Shown here in pieces: positions 1-15,521 of a DNA stretch of 64,000 nt. This stretch comes from the human T2T-CHM13v2.0 reference genome, Homo sapiens. Positions within the stretch are counted from its first letter, which is position 1; the number at the start of each line of letters is the position of its first letter. The stretch lies in NCBI RefSeq assembly GCF_009914755.1, contig NC_060934.1; one strand, 5' to 3'. Made by a program: the position numbers and the translations under genes. Below the pieces are notes generated by a model. The model was given only the letters and a program-made list of their open reading frames with translations, did no database searches and was not told the origin of the DNA.

Positions 1-228
1 CTTAAGGAGACATGACAACCAAATATAATGTGGTACCCTGGATGGGGTTCAGAGACAGAAAAAGGACATTAGGTAAGAACTAGGAAATCTGAATAATATA
101 TGACTGTTAGTTTAATATAATAAAAAAATACAGGTTACAAAACTGTGCATAAAATGTCATCTTGTTTAAGTGTACATGTTTAATGCCTAAAAGTATTCTG
201 AAAGTATGTGCATTAAAAAGCACTCTAG

Positions 229-518
229 GAGGCGCAGTGGCTCACGCCTGTAATCCCAGCACTTTAGGAGCCCAAGATGGGCGGATCACTTGAGGTCAAG
301 AGTTCGAGACCAGCCTGGCCAACATGGTGAAACCCTCTCTCTACTAAAAATACAAAAATTAGCCTGGCATGGTGGTGGATGCCTGTAGTCCCAGCTGCTC
401 AGGAGGCCAAGGCAGAATTGCTTGAACCCGGGAGGTAGAGGCTGCAGTGAGCCGAGATCACGCCATCACACTCCAGCCTGAGCGACAGAGAGAGATTCCA
501 TCTCAAAAAAAAAAAAAG
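229..518 (+). mobile_element. Alu
   Basis: Dimeric Alu with A tail. Confidence 0.95.
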
Positions 519-789
519 TACTCTGGAAAATTGTGTTTTACTTCCCAAATGAAGTACAATTTGAGACATGAGACAGCAATGGCTTCAAAAGCAGTGACTG
601 AATTACTATGGCATCTTCTGCTTTCTGTGTTTAGCTCTAAGAAATGCATGAAAGAATCAGAAAAATGACATAGGACTTCGAGAGCAAATTCAGACCCATG
701 GGACTGCACTTCAGAGCACATGTGTGAATTACCTAGTAACTTCTAACCAGCTGTTTCCATCCTATAATCTTTAACCGTCTACTAGACAT

Positions 790-1165
790 GTTAGCACTGT
801 TGCTCATTTGCTTTGGCAACGTGCATCAGAATCGCTGGGGAGCTTGCTGACACACAGATTTCTGGACCAATTCCTCCACAGTTTCCAATGAAGCAGGTCA
901 GGAGTGGGGCCTGAAAATGTGCATTTCTGACGTGTTTCCAGCTGATGCTGATGCTGCTGGTCCAAGGACCACAAGGACCAAGGCCAGTACTTCTCAAGCT
1001 GTGGCTTTATCAGCATCACCTGGGAGGGTGATGGAAATGCACATTCTCAGGCCTCACCCCAGACCTACTGAGTCAGAAACCCCAAGAGTGGAACCCAACA
1101 ATGTTGTGTTTTAACTGCCTCCCAGTGATTCTGATGCCCACCACAGTTTGAGAACCATGGGTCCT
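790..1165. mobile_element. MER5-type hAT-Charlie relics (others near 1800-1920, 17460-17900 and 46950-47140)
   Basis: CAGCATCACCTGGGA...GAAATGCA.ATTCTCAGGCC...CAGACCTACTGA motif. Confidence 0.75.
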
Positions 1166-2478
1166 GCGTGCCCAGAGAATCAATAGCTACTCAGTTCCCA
1201 GTACAAGCTTTGTTTATAGGAAAGTGTCAGAAGTTAATTGAAGAACTGTTTGCCCATAAATTAGGTATACACTGTATTCTTCCTGGTTGCAGTCCTGTGG
1301 ATACATAGTCCCATGTAGCCAGCTCTCAGTTAATTTTGTGAGCTCAACAACGAAGGGGAAATACATTGATTGTCCACAGTATCTTCCCTTACAGATCCCA
1401 ACTGGCAAAACCTAGGCGGTGAAGGGGCTGAGGGACTGTGGGTGGGCTCCTGCCTGGGCTCAGTCTGGAAATATTTGTGTGTGTGCTTGATGCCAAAGTC
1501 AGATGCGCTTGGATTTTGAGTTACCCTTTTTGGATTAATCTCACCTCTGCTTTATTTAGCCAGAAATTAGAAACTGGAATCTGGTCTAAAAGCAATTGCA
1601 TATCCTCACAGTGGGCTCCTGACTCAAAAAGTCTCCAGGTAACAGATAATGATCTAAAGCTGAGGCTTGAGATAGACCACTGAGGATAGGCTAGAAATGG
1701 TAGGCAAAGCAAGAAAAAAAAAATCAAGAGAGAAAGTGGGCTGAGTTTACTTAGAAACTCACACTTATGTGTGTACACACACACACACTGGTATCCTCTC
1801 TCCAAGCAGCCTGAGCTGCTACATATTACAATCACCCCGGGAGCTTTGAAACCCTGACACTGAGGCAGCACCCCGAACCAATGATATCAGAATCTCAGGC
1901 TGAGATCCAGGCATCAGCCATTAAGAGACAACCCAGCAAAAAAAAAAAAAAAAAAGCCCGAAAATATCCTTTGTAAGTGGACAACTGAACAGCATTTATC
2001 ATGGATTTTGAATATAGTTAAAATATATTTATCTCCTCAATTTCATGGCTAGAAATCTAGCCTGAAACAACATTCACCATGTGTGCAAAGATATAGAGCT
2101 GCTCATTGCAGCAATTTCCAAAATGTGTATCAAGGTACCACTTATGGCATATTCTCACAGTGAAAAATTTTGTAGCCCTTAAGAAAGAATGGGGCAAATT
2201 TGTACATAGGAATATGAGGCGAGAGGTGTCCCGGCAGAGGGAACAGTATACACAAAGGGTTTGGGGTAGAAATGTGTCTAGAGTGATAGAAACATTTCTA
2301 CAACTCCAAAGTAAACCCCTTGCTCATTAAGCAGTTTCTCCCTGTTCTCCCGACCCCCAACCCCTGGTAACCACCACCAACCTGCATTCTGTCTCTATGG
2401 ATTTGTCTATGTTGGAGACGCATGAAGGTGGCCAATGTGACTGAAAGGAATGAGCCATAAGAGATGACAGTAGGAAGG

Positions 2479-2948
2479 TGCAGTGGGCTGAATCGTGGTT
2501 CCTAAAGGGAAATGTCCAAATCCTAATCCCCAGAATCTACAAATGTTTCCTTATTTGGGAAAGGGGATATAAACCAAATATGCAAACAGAATTAAGTTTA
2601 GGATCTCAGGATGAGGAGGTCATCTTGGATTATAGGGGTGGGCCCCAAATCCAATGACAAATGTCCTCATAAGTGGCACAGCCAGGATAAGTACACAGAG
2701 GAGGAGGTAATGTGAAGACGGAGACAGAGGTTGAGGCCATGTGGCCACAAACCCAGGAATGCTGGGGCAGCCACCAGCAGCTGGAAGAGGCAGAGAATGG
2801 AACCTTCCCTAGAGCTTCTGGAGGGAGCAGAGCCTTGACAACACCTTGACTTTAGACATCTGGCCTCTAGAACTGCCAGGGAATAAGCATCGGTGTTTCA
2901 AGCCACCAAGCTTGTGGTCACTGTTATGGCCCCCTAGGAAACTAATCC
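2479..2948 (+). mobile_element. MLT1-type MaLR LTR inserted in an L2 relic
   Basis: GGGCTGAAT...CCTAATCCCCAGAA...TGGCCTCTAGAACTG...CTAGGAAACTAA hallmarks. Confidence 0.8.
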
Positions 2949-3369
2949 AGAAGGCCGCAGAGGTTACACGGTTTCAACGCCTTCAGTGGTCTTGTAGGCC
3001 ATGAGGAGGACTTAGTTTTCACTCCTCAGATGGGAAGCCAGGGGAGGCTTCTGATAGAGAAGTGACATAATCTGCCTCATTTTCTAATAGGATCCCTCTG
3101 GCTGCTGTAACAAAACAAGTTATATAATTTGGGGTCCCTTGATTTTTTTGGTAACCAAAATGCAATTCATTTTCTAATTTAAAAAAAGAATATGAATTTT
3201 TATTTTTCTTTAATTTTTTTCTGAGACTGCTTGCTGGGAAAGAGCATGAATTTTTCAATAAAAAATAATGGAATAAATTGTATATTAATAAAACAATTAA
3301 TTTAAAAAACCAGCATTTCAAAGCTGGCCCACACGACCAAAACCTCCCAAGCAGGCTGTCCCGCTTTAC

Positions 3370-3525
3370 CATCCGGTGCCTCGTGGAGGTCATCAAAAGG
3401 CCCGTGGTCCCAATGGTAGATCAGCTCCCTCATCAGAATGGCGAAGCTGTAAACATCTCCTTGCGGGGTACCCGACCAGGGCATCTCCGGGAACTGCAGC
3501 AGCTCTGGGGCAGTCCAGTAGAGCT
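3370..3525 (-). pseudogene. GUCY2GP: Exon 14
   Basis: ELYWTAPELLQFPEMPWSGTPQGDVYSFAILMRELIYHWDHGPFDDLHEAPD, with the WTAPE and GDVYSF kinase-like motifs. Confidence 0.93.
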
Positions 3526-3855
3526 CTGCAAAAGAATGGGATGTCCGCATGGAGTGAGGGTACTGCCAGGCAAAACAGGAAAAGCCACCTCTTCATCCTT
3601 TGGGGCACAGGAGAAAGGAAGGTATCCAGCCCTGAGCCATCAGCCCCAGTGTTGTCTGATTTGAAGAGCTAACAGGGGTCCGTGTGTGTGAATACAGAGA
3701 AAATTAGCAGGAAGGATGTGCGCTAACATGTTAACGGTGGTTTACTCAAGACTAAAATTACAGCTGGTTTTCATGTTCAAGTTCCTTCTCTGTATTGCCT
3801 TTATTTTTAAAAACAATTGTGGTACGATTCATAGAACATAAAATTAACCATTTTA

Positions 3856-4470
<615 letters not shown>

Positions 4471-4809
4471 ATTAACCATTTTAAATGAACAATTCAGTGG
4501 CATTTAGCACATTCACGATGTTGTGCAACCACCACCTCTGTCTAGCTCGGAAACATTTCCATCACTCCAAAGTCAACTCCTTACTCATGAAGCCGTTTCT
4601 CCCTGTTCTCCTGACCCCCAACCCCTGGTAATCACCACCAACCTGCATTCTGTCTCTATAGATTTATGGGTCTATTCTAGATATTTTACACACCTCCTTT
4701 TCTGCAGTGAAGTCTATAGGCTTATGTCATTATAGGTAATAGTCATTAAAACAAAAGATATACATTAGAGGATGCAGAAGGGGAACTAGGACAGCTGCCA
4801 GCAGGTCTT

Positions 4810-5420
<611 letters not shown>

Positions 5421-6178
5421 CATCCCCCTTGTCCTTCTGTAAGACATCATCCTATCATATGATATAGAAACCTCCCAAATTGACACAAAAAAGCTCCTGG
5501 TGACATGCTGCTCCAGCAAAAAGGGGATCAGGGCTGAGAACACTGGTCTCAGGAGAGCCCAGGATACATGCAAAGGTACGAATCCAAGGCATTCAATTAA
5601 CTGGACAGGTAGGAAGAGTCATTGAACCCCACTTGGCACATAGGGAAGGGAAAAGTGGACTTGAGGCAATGGTTTTGTCTTCAGATGCACAGCAGAATTA
5701 CTTGGGAGCATTTAAAAAACAATTCAGATGCCAAGACCCCATCTTCAGATATTTTGATTCAGTTGATAGTTGGTTGGGGGTAGAGGGACCAGGACCTAGA
5801 AGAGAGAGAACTATGGAACTCGATTATCTCTAAAATATCTGGCGGATCTTATGTTCTAAGCTGAGAACATAGGATGAATGTGGGAAGGAACAAAGAGAAC
5901 TAAAGAGAGGGGCAATGGTTGCTCCAGGTGGCTCAGCTGAGCTAGGACGAGAACCAGTCTCCAAACCCAGACATCACCCCACGAACTCATGCCACCTGCA
6001 GATACTTTTTTTTTTTCTCGTTCTCCTCAGTTGAACGGAACAGCCACATATCATCAGCTCCAGAGGAAGGCCCACCTGTGGATACCTGTACAGATGAGCA
6101 TCAGGAAGCAAAGATGGAGCCAGGAACCTCTGACCATGCTGCCAATAGCTAGTGGGTGCAAGATCAACCAAAGGTTAC

Positions 6179-6347
6179 CTGAGTGGTTGGTCACTGTCTC
6201 ATCATATGTTCTGTATTTTTAGCCATGCTTGAGTTCCCACAGCCCGAATCACGACAGCTTCACCTGCAGCCGACCATCCATCAGGCAGTTGGAAGGTTTC
6301 AGGTTGCTGTGGGAGCCCAGGGGGCTCCTGTGGAGGAACAGCATGCC
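6179..6347 (-). pseudogene. GUCY2GP: Exon 13 (two nonsense codons)
   Basis: GMLFLHRSPLGSHSNLKPSNCLMDGRLQVKLS*FGLWELKHG*KYRTYDETVTNHS; TGA at 6249-6251, TAA at 6219-6221. Confidence 0.93.
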
Positions 6348-7030
6348 CTGCAAGGGTGAAAATGAGCAAATGAGGCAGACCAGGTGCTGATAACACTGCT
6401 GGAAGGAACCAAGGCAGAGAGACAGATGGACAGAAACACAGACAGAGGGGCCTGGGGCAGGGGATGCGCCCATCTCTGTGTTCATTTGTTCAGGAGCCAC
6501 CAGCATAGCCCCTTGTCCCTGGAGTCAACTGGGGCTGGGACACCCAAAATGGAGAAAACTATTTCCAGCTCCTTAGTGTGAAGCCAAGAAGGCCAGGCCA
6601 GCTTAAAATAAATACATCCTAGTGATCAGGCTAGGATGAGTAAATTTGGAGTGTTAAATCGCTCCCAAGAAGTCAGGACCAGAGCTGGGATATAAACCCA
6701 GGTGGGATTGGGTTAGAAGCCCAGCTTCTTCTAAACCACTAGATTTTCGTCTTTCCTGTGCCCTGGGTGATGGGAGATAAAAAGGGGGAGGAGGGAAGAG
6801 GGAGGAAGGAGGGTCAAAGCACATACTCCCCCTGCACAATGACACAACCCCAATGTGTAATTACACAATGACACAATCTAACTGAGAAGGGGCAGTGAAG
6901 TCATGTGTGGGAGGGGCTATGAGGAGGTCCCAGGGAGGAATGGGGTGGGGGGAACATCCTGAACAGATAAGTGAACCCAAGGACAGGGTCTTGGGCCTCT
7001 TGGGCACCAGTGATATAAGAGTTAGAAAGA

Positions 7031-7351
<321 letters not shown>

Positions 7352-7413
7352 TTAGACACTTAGTGAGTGTATGGGAGTCCTCGGTAAGGTCTTCCTTTAA
7401 ATGGAAAGCAGCC

Positions 7414-7882
7414 CGTCAGGCCTCTGAGCCAAAGCTCAGCCATTGTAACCCATGTGACCTGCACATGTATGTCCAGATGGCCTGCAGGAGCCAAGAAGTC
7501 TGGAGTAGCTGGAACACCACAAAGAAGTGAAACAGCCAGTTCCTGCCTTAACTAATTAACCCACCTTATGACATTCTACCATTATGACTTGTTCCTACCC
7601 TGCCCCAACTGATCAATTGACCCTGTGACTTTCTTCTTCTGGACAATGAGTCTTATGATCTCCCCACCATACACCTTGTGACCCCCTCCCCTGCTAACAA
7701 TAGATAACCACCTCTAACTGTAACTTTCCACTGCCTACCCCAGTTCTATAAAGCTACCCCTCTCCTACCTCCCTTCACTGACTCTCTTTTTGGACTCAGC
7801 CCACTTGCATCCAAGTGAATAAACAGCCTTGTTGCTCACACAAAGCCTGTTTAGGTGGTCTTCTATACGGACACGTGTGATA
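7414..7882 (+). mobile_element. HERV-H LTR7-family solo LTR (probably LTR7C)
   Basis: GTCAGGCCTCTGAGCC...AATAAACAGCCTTGTTGCTCACACAAAGCCTGTTT hallmark ends; AGCC repeated at both junctions. Confidence 0.85.
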
Positions 7883-8528
7883 GCCCCCAAATCATTTTCT
7901 TTTCTAACAAAGAGCAGCCTGTAAAATCAAGCTGCAGACATAGAAAGGCAGGCTAGAAGCTTGCATGGGTGAATGCCTGCAGTTGTGCTAATAGGAAAGG
8001 GGCTACCTAGGGACTAGACATGTTCAGATAGGGGCTCCATCGTCCCTTTTCTTTGTAAACCACACGTACGGTAAGCAGTAGGCAACATGGCGCCAGGCAG
8101 GCAAAGATTTCATTTGCATAATAGAAGATTAAGGTGGGGAAGCCAGCTTCATCGCTGGCTATGTAAATGTCACACCTGGTCCAACCAATCTTTGGGCCCT
8201 ATGTAAATCAGACACTGCCTCCTCAAGCCAGTCTATAAAATCTGGTGCACTTCGCTGTGGGCCCCCTCTCTCTCATAAGAGAGGGAGCTATTCTCCTTTC
8301 TCTTTCTTTTGCTTATTAAAACTGTGCTCCTAAACCCATTTCTTGGGTGTCGTGAGTACTCAATTTCCTTGGCGTGATACCATGAACCTCGGGTATTCAC
8401 CCCAGACAACAAGCAGCTTCACCAGCACAGGGGTGCATCTCTTCCTCCAGCAGTGCTGACAGGCCAAGTAACTATCCCACCTGAGCCAGAGCCCTGAGGC
8501 CAATATTGCATTAGAAATATGGGATAAG

Positions 8529-9148
<620 letters not shown>

Positions 9149-9776
9149 AATATGAGATAATACCGAAAACATCCAGGAGAATGGATACATGCCCCCACCC
9201 CTGCCCCAATCACTCTCCACCCCCTACCCCATGTTCCTTTATCAAAATGCCTTATTTGTTTTTAGATGGTAACATTGAATCACATTTTGAAACTGCCGCC
9301 CACTCAACTGGACCGGGAGGGGCCTGGCTGGGGCTGCCTCTGGGACTTCCCCAGGGAGGCTCCAATAGGCTAAGGTCCAAGCTTGAAATCAGGTGAGACC
9401 TGTGTCTGATCCAGAGTTCTCTGATTCCAGCAGGAGACCTCTCCATTCAACAGGAATGTCCCTGATACACACAAGGTTTTTTTCTGCTTTCCTCCTGCCT
9501 TTGCTAGTGCCATGCCTACCCCAAGTATGAGATATTTTACAGTCAACGATTTTATATTCTAGGATTTTAACAGAGCTCCTTCCATTAGGGTGAAAATGAC
9601 ATGCTGAGGGGCGCTTGGAATTCTGGGTGTGCATTCCTCTCCAAGAGATGGCATGCATGTCTTTATTTTCTATCTTGATGGAAATGTATGATTTTTATGT
9701 ATATTATCAGAGAGCAAATAGAGCTATGAAAGGATTTATTATTTACATGCCAGATTTTATGCACTTTTGGCAGCTC

Positions 9777-10370
9777 TGAGACAGGAATAACAGGAGTGGC
9801 TGCAGGAGAACAGAAAATTCCAGGCAGTTACACATGACTAGCAAAAAGGAACTGAAATAGCTGCATAAGCCATTATTTTCAGGGCTGACAAGACCCTGAA
9901 AAGAACAGGGTGTGGGCCAAGCCAGCTAAGACCAATTGGATCCAACATGGTGCTGGATTTGACCCAAGTTTCACCTGGGACCTTATTATAAGCTCATTAA
10001 CATACTAGGTCACACACCCACCAGTGCCACAACAGTCCCAGGAACAGCCATATTTAATGTAAAAATGGGTAACATCACAGTTCCCAGAAATCTCCACCTT
10101 TTTCCAGGAATCCTCATGAATGTTCTACCCCTTGGTTAAAGAAACTCATGAAGGTAGAAGCCCCAAATTCCATTGCGTGACTCTCTCTCAAGTCTGCCCG
10201 CACTCCCCTTTCCTGAGTGTGTACTCTTCACTTTGCAGTAAATCTCCATACTTTCACTACTTTCTGATTTATCCTTGAATTCCTTCTCACAGTGGTGTTA
10301 AGAGCTTGCACACTGGCTGGGGTCAAGGTCCCACCAGCATTTGGGGACCTCCCCTAGCCCACCAGTATCA
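9777..10370 (+). mobile_element. ERV1-class solo LTR (family uncertain)
   Basis: TGAGACAGGAATAA...GTATCA with GCTC/GTTC flanks; ~600 bp. Confidence 0.7.
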
Positions 10371-10689
10371 GTTCAATCATCTGTCTGTTAGCTACATTTC
10401 TTGCCCTACTGGAAATTCCTGGGTGGCAGACAGCACTCCTACCTCTGGGCCCTATATCTGTACTCTCTGGTACTTAGCAGGAAGGAAGCATCGCATGGAA
10501 GAGCAAACACAGCCTTTGGAGACAGACTGGCTACAAATCCCAATCTGCGTCTTACCAGCTGGGCAGATGACTTCACCTCACTAAGCCTCACTTTTTCCCT
10601 CTTGGAAATGGAGATCATGTTACTCCAATATTACTACTATTGGAGTTAAAAATGAATTAATAATGGAGTTAATTGCTAATTATTGAGAT

Positions 10690-10990
10690 CACTGTCCAAT
10701 AAAAACATAATACAAGCCACATGTGTATTTTTACATTTTTAGCAGCCATGTTATAAACCAAACAGGTGAAATGTATTTTATAATGTTTTATTTAACCCAA
10801 TGTATTGAAAAATCTTATTTCAGCAAGTAATCAACATAAATATATTAGCAAGATATTTTATATTTTTTTTTTGCTAAGTCTACAAAATTCAGTACAAACT
10901 TTATAGCACATCTCAAATTGAACTAGCTACAATTGCAGTGCTCATTATCCACATGTGGCTGGTGGCTATCATATTTGGACAGTGCAGACT
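10690..10990. mobile_element. MER33/MER3-type hAT relic (others near 17250-17450 and 42130-42420)
   Basis: CACTGTCCAATA...ATTTGGACAGTG terminal inverted repeats and CCACATGTGGCT. Confidence 0.75.
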
Positions 10991-13900
10991 TGCCCCATAG
11001 GAGTGTTGGGGAAATTAAAACAAGAATATGTACTTCTTTTAGCACCAGTAATAGAATTATCTATGATCGTGATAATACTATTGCTACTACTAACAATCAA
11101 CATTTACTGGACGCCTGTTACAGGGAAGGCATGGCACTAAGCATTTTGCATACATTAGTCCTCACACAACCCTATGAGTCAGGTACTGATGTTATCTTTA
11201 CACACAGGAAAACTGAGGCCCAGGGTTGTTAAGGTCACCTGGCCAGTAAGTGGCAGTCAGGGTTCAAACTTCAACGACAACTTCTTTGCTGAATTGTCCT
11301 TCATCCTCTTAATCCATCAAGACTTCTCTTATTTAGACATGAAGGCCTATTTGTAACTCAAGAAGAGTATTATACTCTCCAAACTCCTTCCCAGGCTTGC
11401 CCAACTGGGTTGAACTTTTTGGGGACAGGACAATGAGGCTCATTCGTCTGTGCCTCCTACGCCCAGAATCGGGTCTGATCCAAATTAGGCGCTTGATCAA
11501 TATATGTTTGTTGCCTTGAAATGTCTATGGCATCTCAGAGTCTCTCTGATACCTGATATAGAGGAGGTGCTGATCAAATAGACATAGAGAGACTTGTTTC
11601 CAAACTACAATCGCCCCCACGGAGCTTGGCCCAATGCCCAGACCCATGGCAAGGCTCTAAGAGTACAGTACATTTTCTGTTACTCGCAGTCCCCTTTCAA
11701 AGAACATTGGCAGAGTAATTAACCTCAAAGGGCCTACCTGTGCCTTGATCTAGCCTATTGTGTCATCAGTAGTGGCCCTACATGATCCCAGAATGTGCAC
11801 ACTCCATCTCAGGAGGTAATGATCCTTCCAAAGCAAAATGCCAAGCTGTCCTCTGTTTTCCTGGCACAGAGTAGAGGGTAGACTCAGTGAGCTAGAGTAG
11901 GTGATGACCACCAGGGAGCTCTTCCCCTTCAAAGTGCCATGCCCACCTGCCATAGCGTTTTTCCAGAGAAACCTTTGGGTTAATGCTTCTTGAAATCTGA
12001 TGCCTACACTAAAAAGGTCAAATCTGTTAGTCATTCATGGCTTGGTGAGAACTTACTTACTAGCTTACTCTTCACTTCCAATATAAATGATGTTGGCTGT
12101 TTTGATGGGGGCAGGAGGCAGATAATTAGAGTCCAGAATACTTCTTTGTGCTCGGTGGGAAGAGAAGGAATAAGTGGGTGAAGGGAAGGAGAGAAGATCC
12201 CAGGGTAGGAAAAGATGCCAATGTCGCATCCTCCCAGTTTATAACCACTGCCACTTAAAGAATTTTATATGTACATCTCCAGACTATTTTTTTCCCTAGC
12301 TTTTAAGCCATCCAAAGCTGGAAACAAGTCCTTTCTTCCTACAAAAGTGACCAGAGTAGGATAGACTCTTAACAGATGCTCAATAAAATTTTAATGAAAT
12401 AATAACAGTGGTGGTCCAGGGTTGCCCATGAAGACCCAATCACAGAGACGCTTCTGCCTATTGACCTTGCTTTATAACAATCTGCTGGCTTCCTGCTAAA
12501 GCCTAGGAAATCAAAGTCTCACAGAGATATGGGACTCAGCTCCCTAGAAACAAAAAGCAATAAAATCCTTGTTGAAGGAAAGCCGTTAGACTTCAATTGG
12601 GCCAGCCTCATTCATTCTACCTACGTGGAGGTCAAGGTCTAGAGAGGGGAAGTGGCCTGGCAAAATCACTCAATAAGTCAGTGGCCCATTAATCCAGGAG
12701 GGCACAGCTTGTGTTTCATCCTTTTTGCCCTCTCAACACCCAGATGAGTCTTCCCCACAGGAGTCTGTTGGTTGATTGATGGTTGGACTAATGACTAGCA
12801 GTGGACCACCACCCTTCACCGTGCTGCCCATGACTGAGAGGTTTCCTCACCGGACTGACTCCCAGGTCACTGGCTTTGTCGCTTCTGGTGGTAAAAGTAT
12901 AGGCAGCAAGCTTAAGAAAGAACAGCTGGATTTAGCGCAGGTGGGAGACAGCAGCCTCAGGATGCTGGTCCACACTGACATGGCTCGCCCCACAGCGAAT
13001 CTCCTCCCTCTCCTGCCCTCTCCATCCCTCATCACCAGCTTATACCTAGGGCATGGCCCTTCAAGACAGTGTCACCTTGGGCTTTGGATCCAGCTGCCAC
13101 TTCTCAGTATTTCCACTGCCTTCCTGGCAACAGGCAGGAATTGGTCTCTCTCCAACTCCCTCTGAATTACACGCCCCCCCAGCCCCTAATTGGCTTCTAG
13201 TTGTGAGACTGACTTCTCCCTGTGGTAAAACACAAAAGCAAGCTCTAGTGCTTCCTACTGAGAGGCAGTATGGTACAGTGGTTAAGGGTATAGGACTTGA
13301 AAATGCCTGGGTTTGAATCCTAACTCTAGTATTTCATAGCCATGAGACTTCAGGAAGGTCATAGGAACTTTCTGTGCTTTGTGTTTTTTTAATCTGTAAA
13401 ATAAAAGTAACAATAGATCTACCTTACATTCTTGTGAGAATTCAATAAATTAATATATACAAAGTACTGGAAAGTGCCTGGCCCAAAGTAGGCACTCTAT
13501 ATATTTTAGTGTTACTATTATTCCCTTCTTTGCAGCCACCATAGTCCCCTGTGCCAAAGCAAAGATTCTACCTCCTCAGATCAGAATCTATGGCCCAACT
13601 CTTAGGTCAGCAGCTATGTGGTTAATGTGGCATCCCCATTTCCTAGGGAAAGAAATCAGGGGCTGAAGAGCAGGGAAGAATATCAGGAATCACTTCCCCC
13701 AGTCCAATTTACAACCTAGTGATGAGATACCCTTTGAGATAGAAAGTTCTACCCTACAATGTAAATACTCTGCTCTTTTCTGATTGGGTAAACTTAGCAT
13801 CCATTCCAACTTTAGCATAAAATACTTTCCTCTCTATATATTTATCTGTAATCAGGGAAGAAGAAAAGAAAAAATCAGATAGAAGTGATAGATTTTAGAG

Positions 13901-14029
13901 CTGGAATCACTCTGAAGAGGAGATCTGAAGAGGTCTAACATTTTCAAGAAAAATTACAGTTTATTTCAAGACACAGCAACTCAAAAACACTATCATATTC
14001 ATTCTTTGGTAAGTTTGTGTTATACTTAC

Positions 14030-14101
14030 ATTGACTATGTCGTATGCAAATGAGAGTTTGAATATCCAATCCATTTCATGATCCGAGTTTCTCAAAACAT
14101 C
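14030..14101 (-). pseudogene. GUCY2GP: Exon 12 (not in ORF track)
   Basis: Hand translation DVLRNSDHEMDWIFKLSFAYDIVN; tttcag| and AAT|GTAAGT. Confidence 0.92.
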
Positions 14102-14620
14102 CTGAAAAACTCAGTAATTCAAAAGATTCCTAGTGACTCAACCTGAAGCACAGTGAGCTTTAACAATTGAACAGATTTGACTCTAATATAGCTTATATTT
14201 TTGGCCAGAACTAACGCAATGTGGGGCAGAAAACATTAAACCTAATAACTGGAAATCTTCCCAGGAGATACCATAACCTGACTCAATATTGAGAATGCAT
14301 GCAGTCTCGAGTTTTACAAACACTTCCTTGTTCCTGACAGAAAGCTGTCGTCACATACCATAATAGGATGGGTCCAGGAACAACAGTTCAAGAGTAGCCA
14401 TAACATCCTAAGAGAAGAAACCAAGCTCAGTTTTCCCCCAGAACAAAAGAAGCAGACATTTGGCTAATTTGATTCCCAGAAGGTAGCCTGACAAGATAGT
14501 TCAGGTCTTGCAACTAGAACAGAGAGGAACTGACCTTGGATGAATAGCAGAGGGCACTGAGAAACTTCTTTATTATCTACCACTAATCAAACCTAAGGAG
14601 CATTTTACTGTTTTGCTTAT

Positions 14621-14725
14621 CTTAAGACTTCCTTTTTTGCAATACTGGGTGACAATGCAGATGTTAGGTGGTTCGGTGCAAATACCAAAGAAGGGAACAA
14701 TGCTCTCGTGCCTTAATTCACCCAT
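14621..14725 (-). pseudogene. GUCY2GP: Exon 11 (donor GT>AT)
   Basis: MGELRHESIVPFFGICTEPPNICIVTQYCKKGSLK, then AAG|ATAAGC. Confidence 0.9.
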
Positions 14726-15437
14726 CTGGAAATAATCATGGTTACAATAGCTCATGTATAGAGTGTGTCTCTATGTCCAGGACCATGCTATGTGCTTTGC
14801 ATATTTTCAGTCAATTCTTATAAAGACCTTGTTAGATAAGAACTGTTACAGATCCCATTTTACAAATAAGGGAACTGCCACTGAAAGGTAAGGTAAAGTA
14901 ACACCTACAAGTGGCAGAGCTGGGAGGTAAACCCAGGAAGTCTGTCTGCAGCAAATAAATCAGAGGAACGATCAAAGTCTAACCTCACGCACGGTGATTA
15001 ACTCAACCACGTCACAGTAAATGGACTCAGCCCTGCTTCCATGCTTATGGCTGTCAATGCCAATGTGGGGCCCACAACAGATCACAGAGAAGGAGCAGGA
15101 AGTCAGGCCCATGAAACTGACTCCCTCCAAGTACCAGGTTCAAGGCTGGTAGGTAGGCAAGCAGCCATCACAGACACAGAGGATGAAGAGCCAGAATCAA
15201 GGCCAGAAAGAATGATGGGGAAAAAAACAGAGGTAGGAATGATCCCAGGCTTCAGGTGCCTGGGAGAGGCTAGAGGTCTGAGATTCAAAGCCTGGGCTGT
15301 CGAGGGGAGGGAGAGATGGGTCACGTTAAGGGAAGCAGCCTCCCATCTCTGCTCCTTTGGAACCAGGGAGCTGGCAGAGGAGGGGCAGAGAGCATCACTG
15401 CTTTGTCTCTCCACTGACCCTGGGCAGGGGGCCTCAC

Positions 15438-15521
15438 CAGCTGTATTTCCTGTAGCACAATCGGCTTCCTAACCCAGGCTTCTGCTTGGTCACCAACGTA
15501 ACGGATGGCCACATGGTTTCC
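15438..15521 (-). pseudogene. GUCY2GP: Exon 10 (kinase-homology domain)
   Basis: GNHVAIRYVGDQAEAWVRKPIVLQEIQL; ctag| and CTG|GTGAGG. Confidence 0.9.

Noticed and set aside
1-3369. GUCY2GP exon 15 and cyclase-domain exons
   Set aside because: No matching peptide seen on the minus strand; presumably left of the window.
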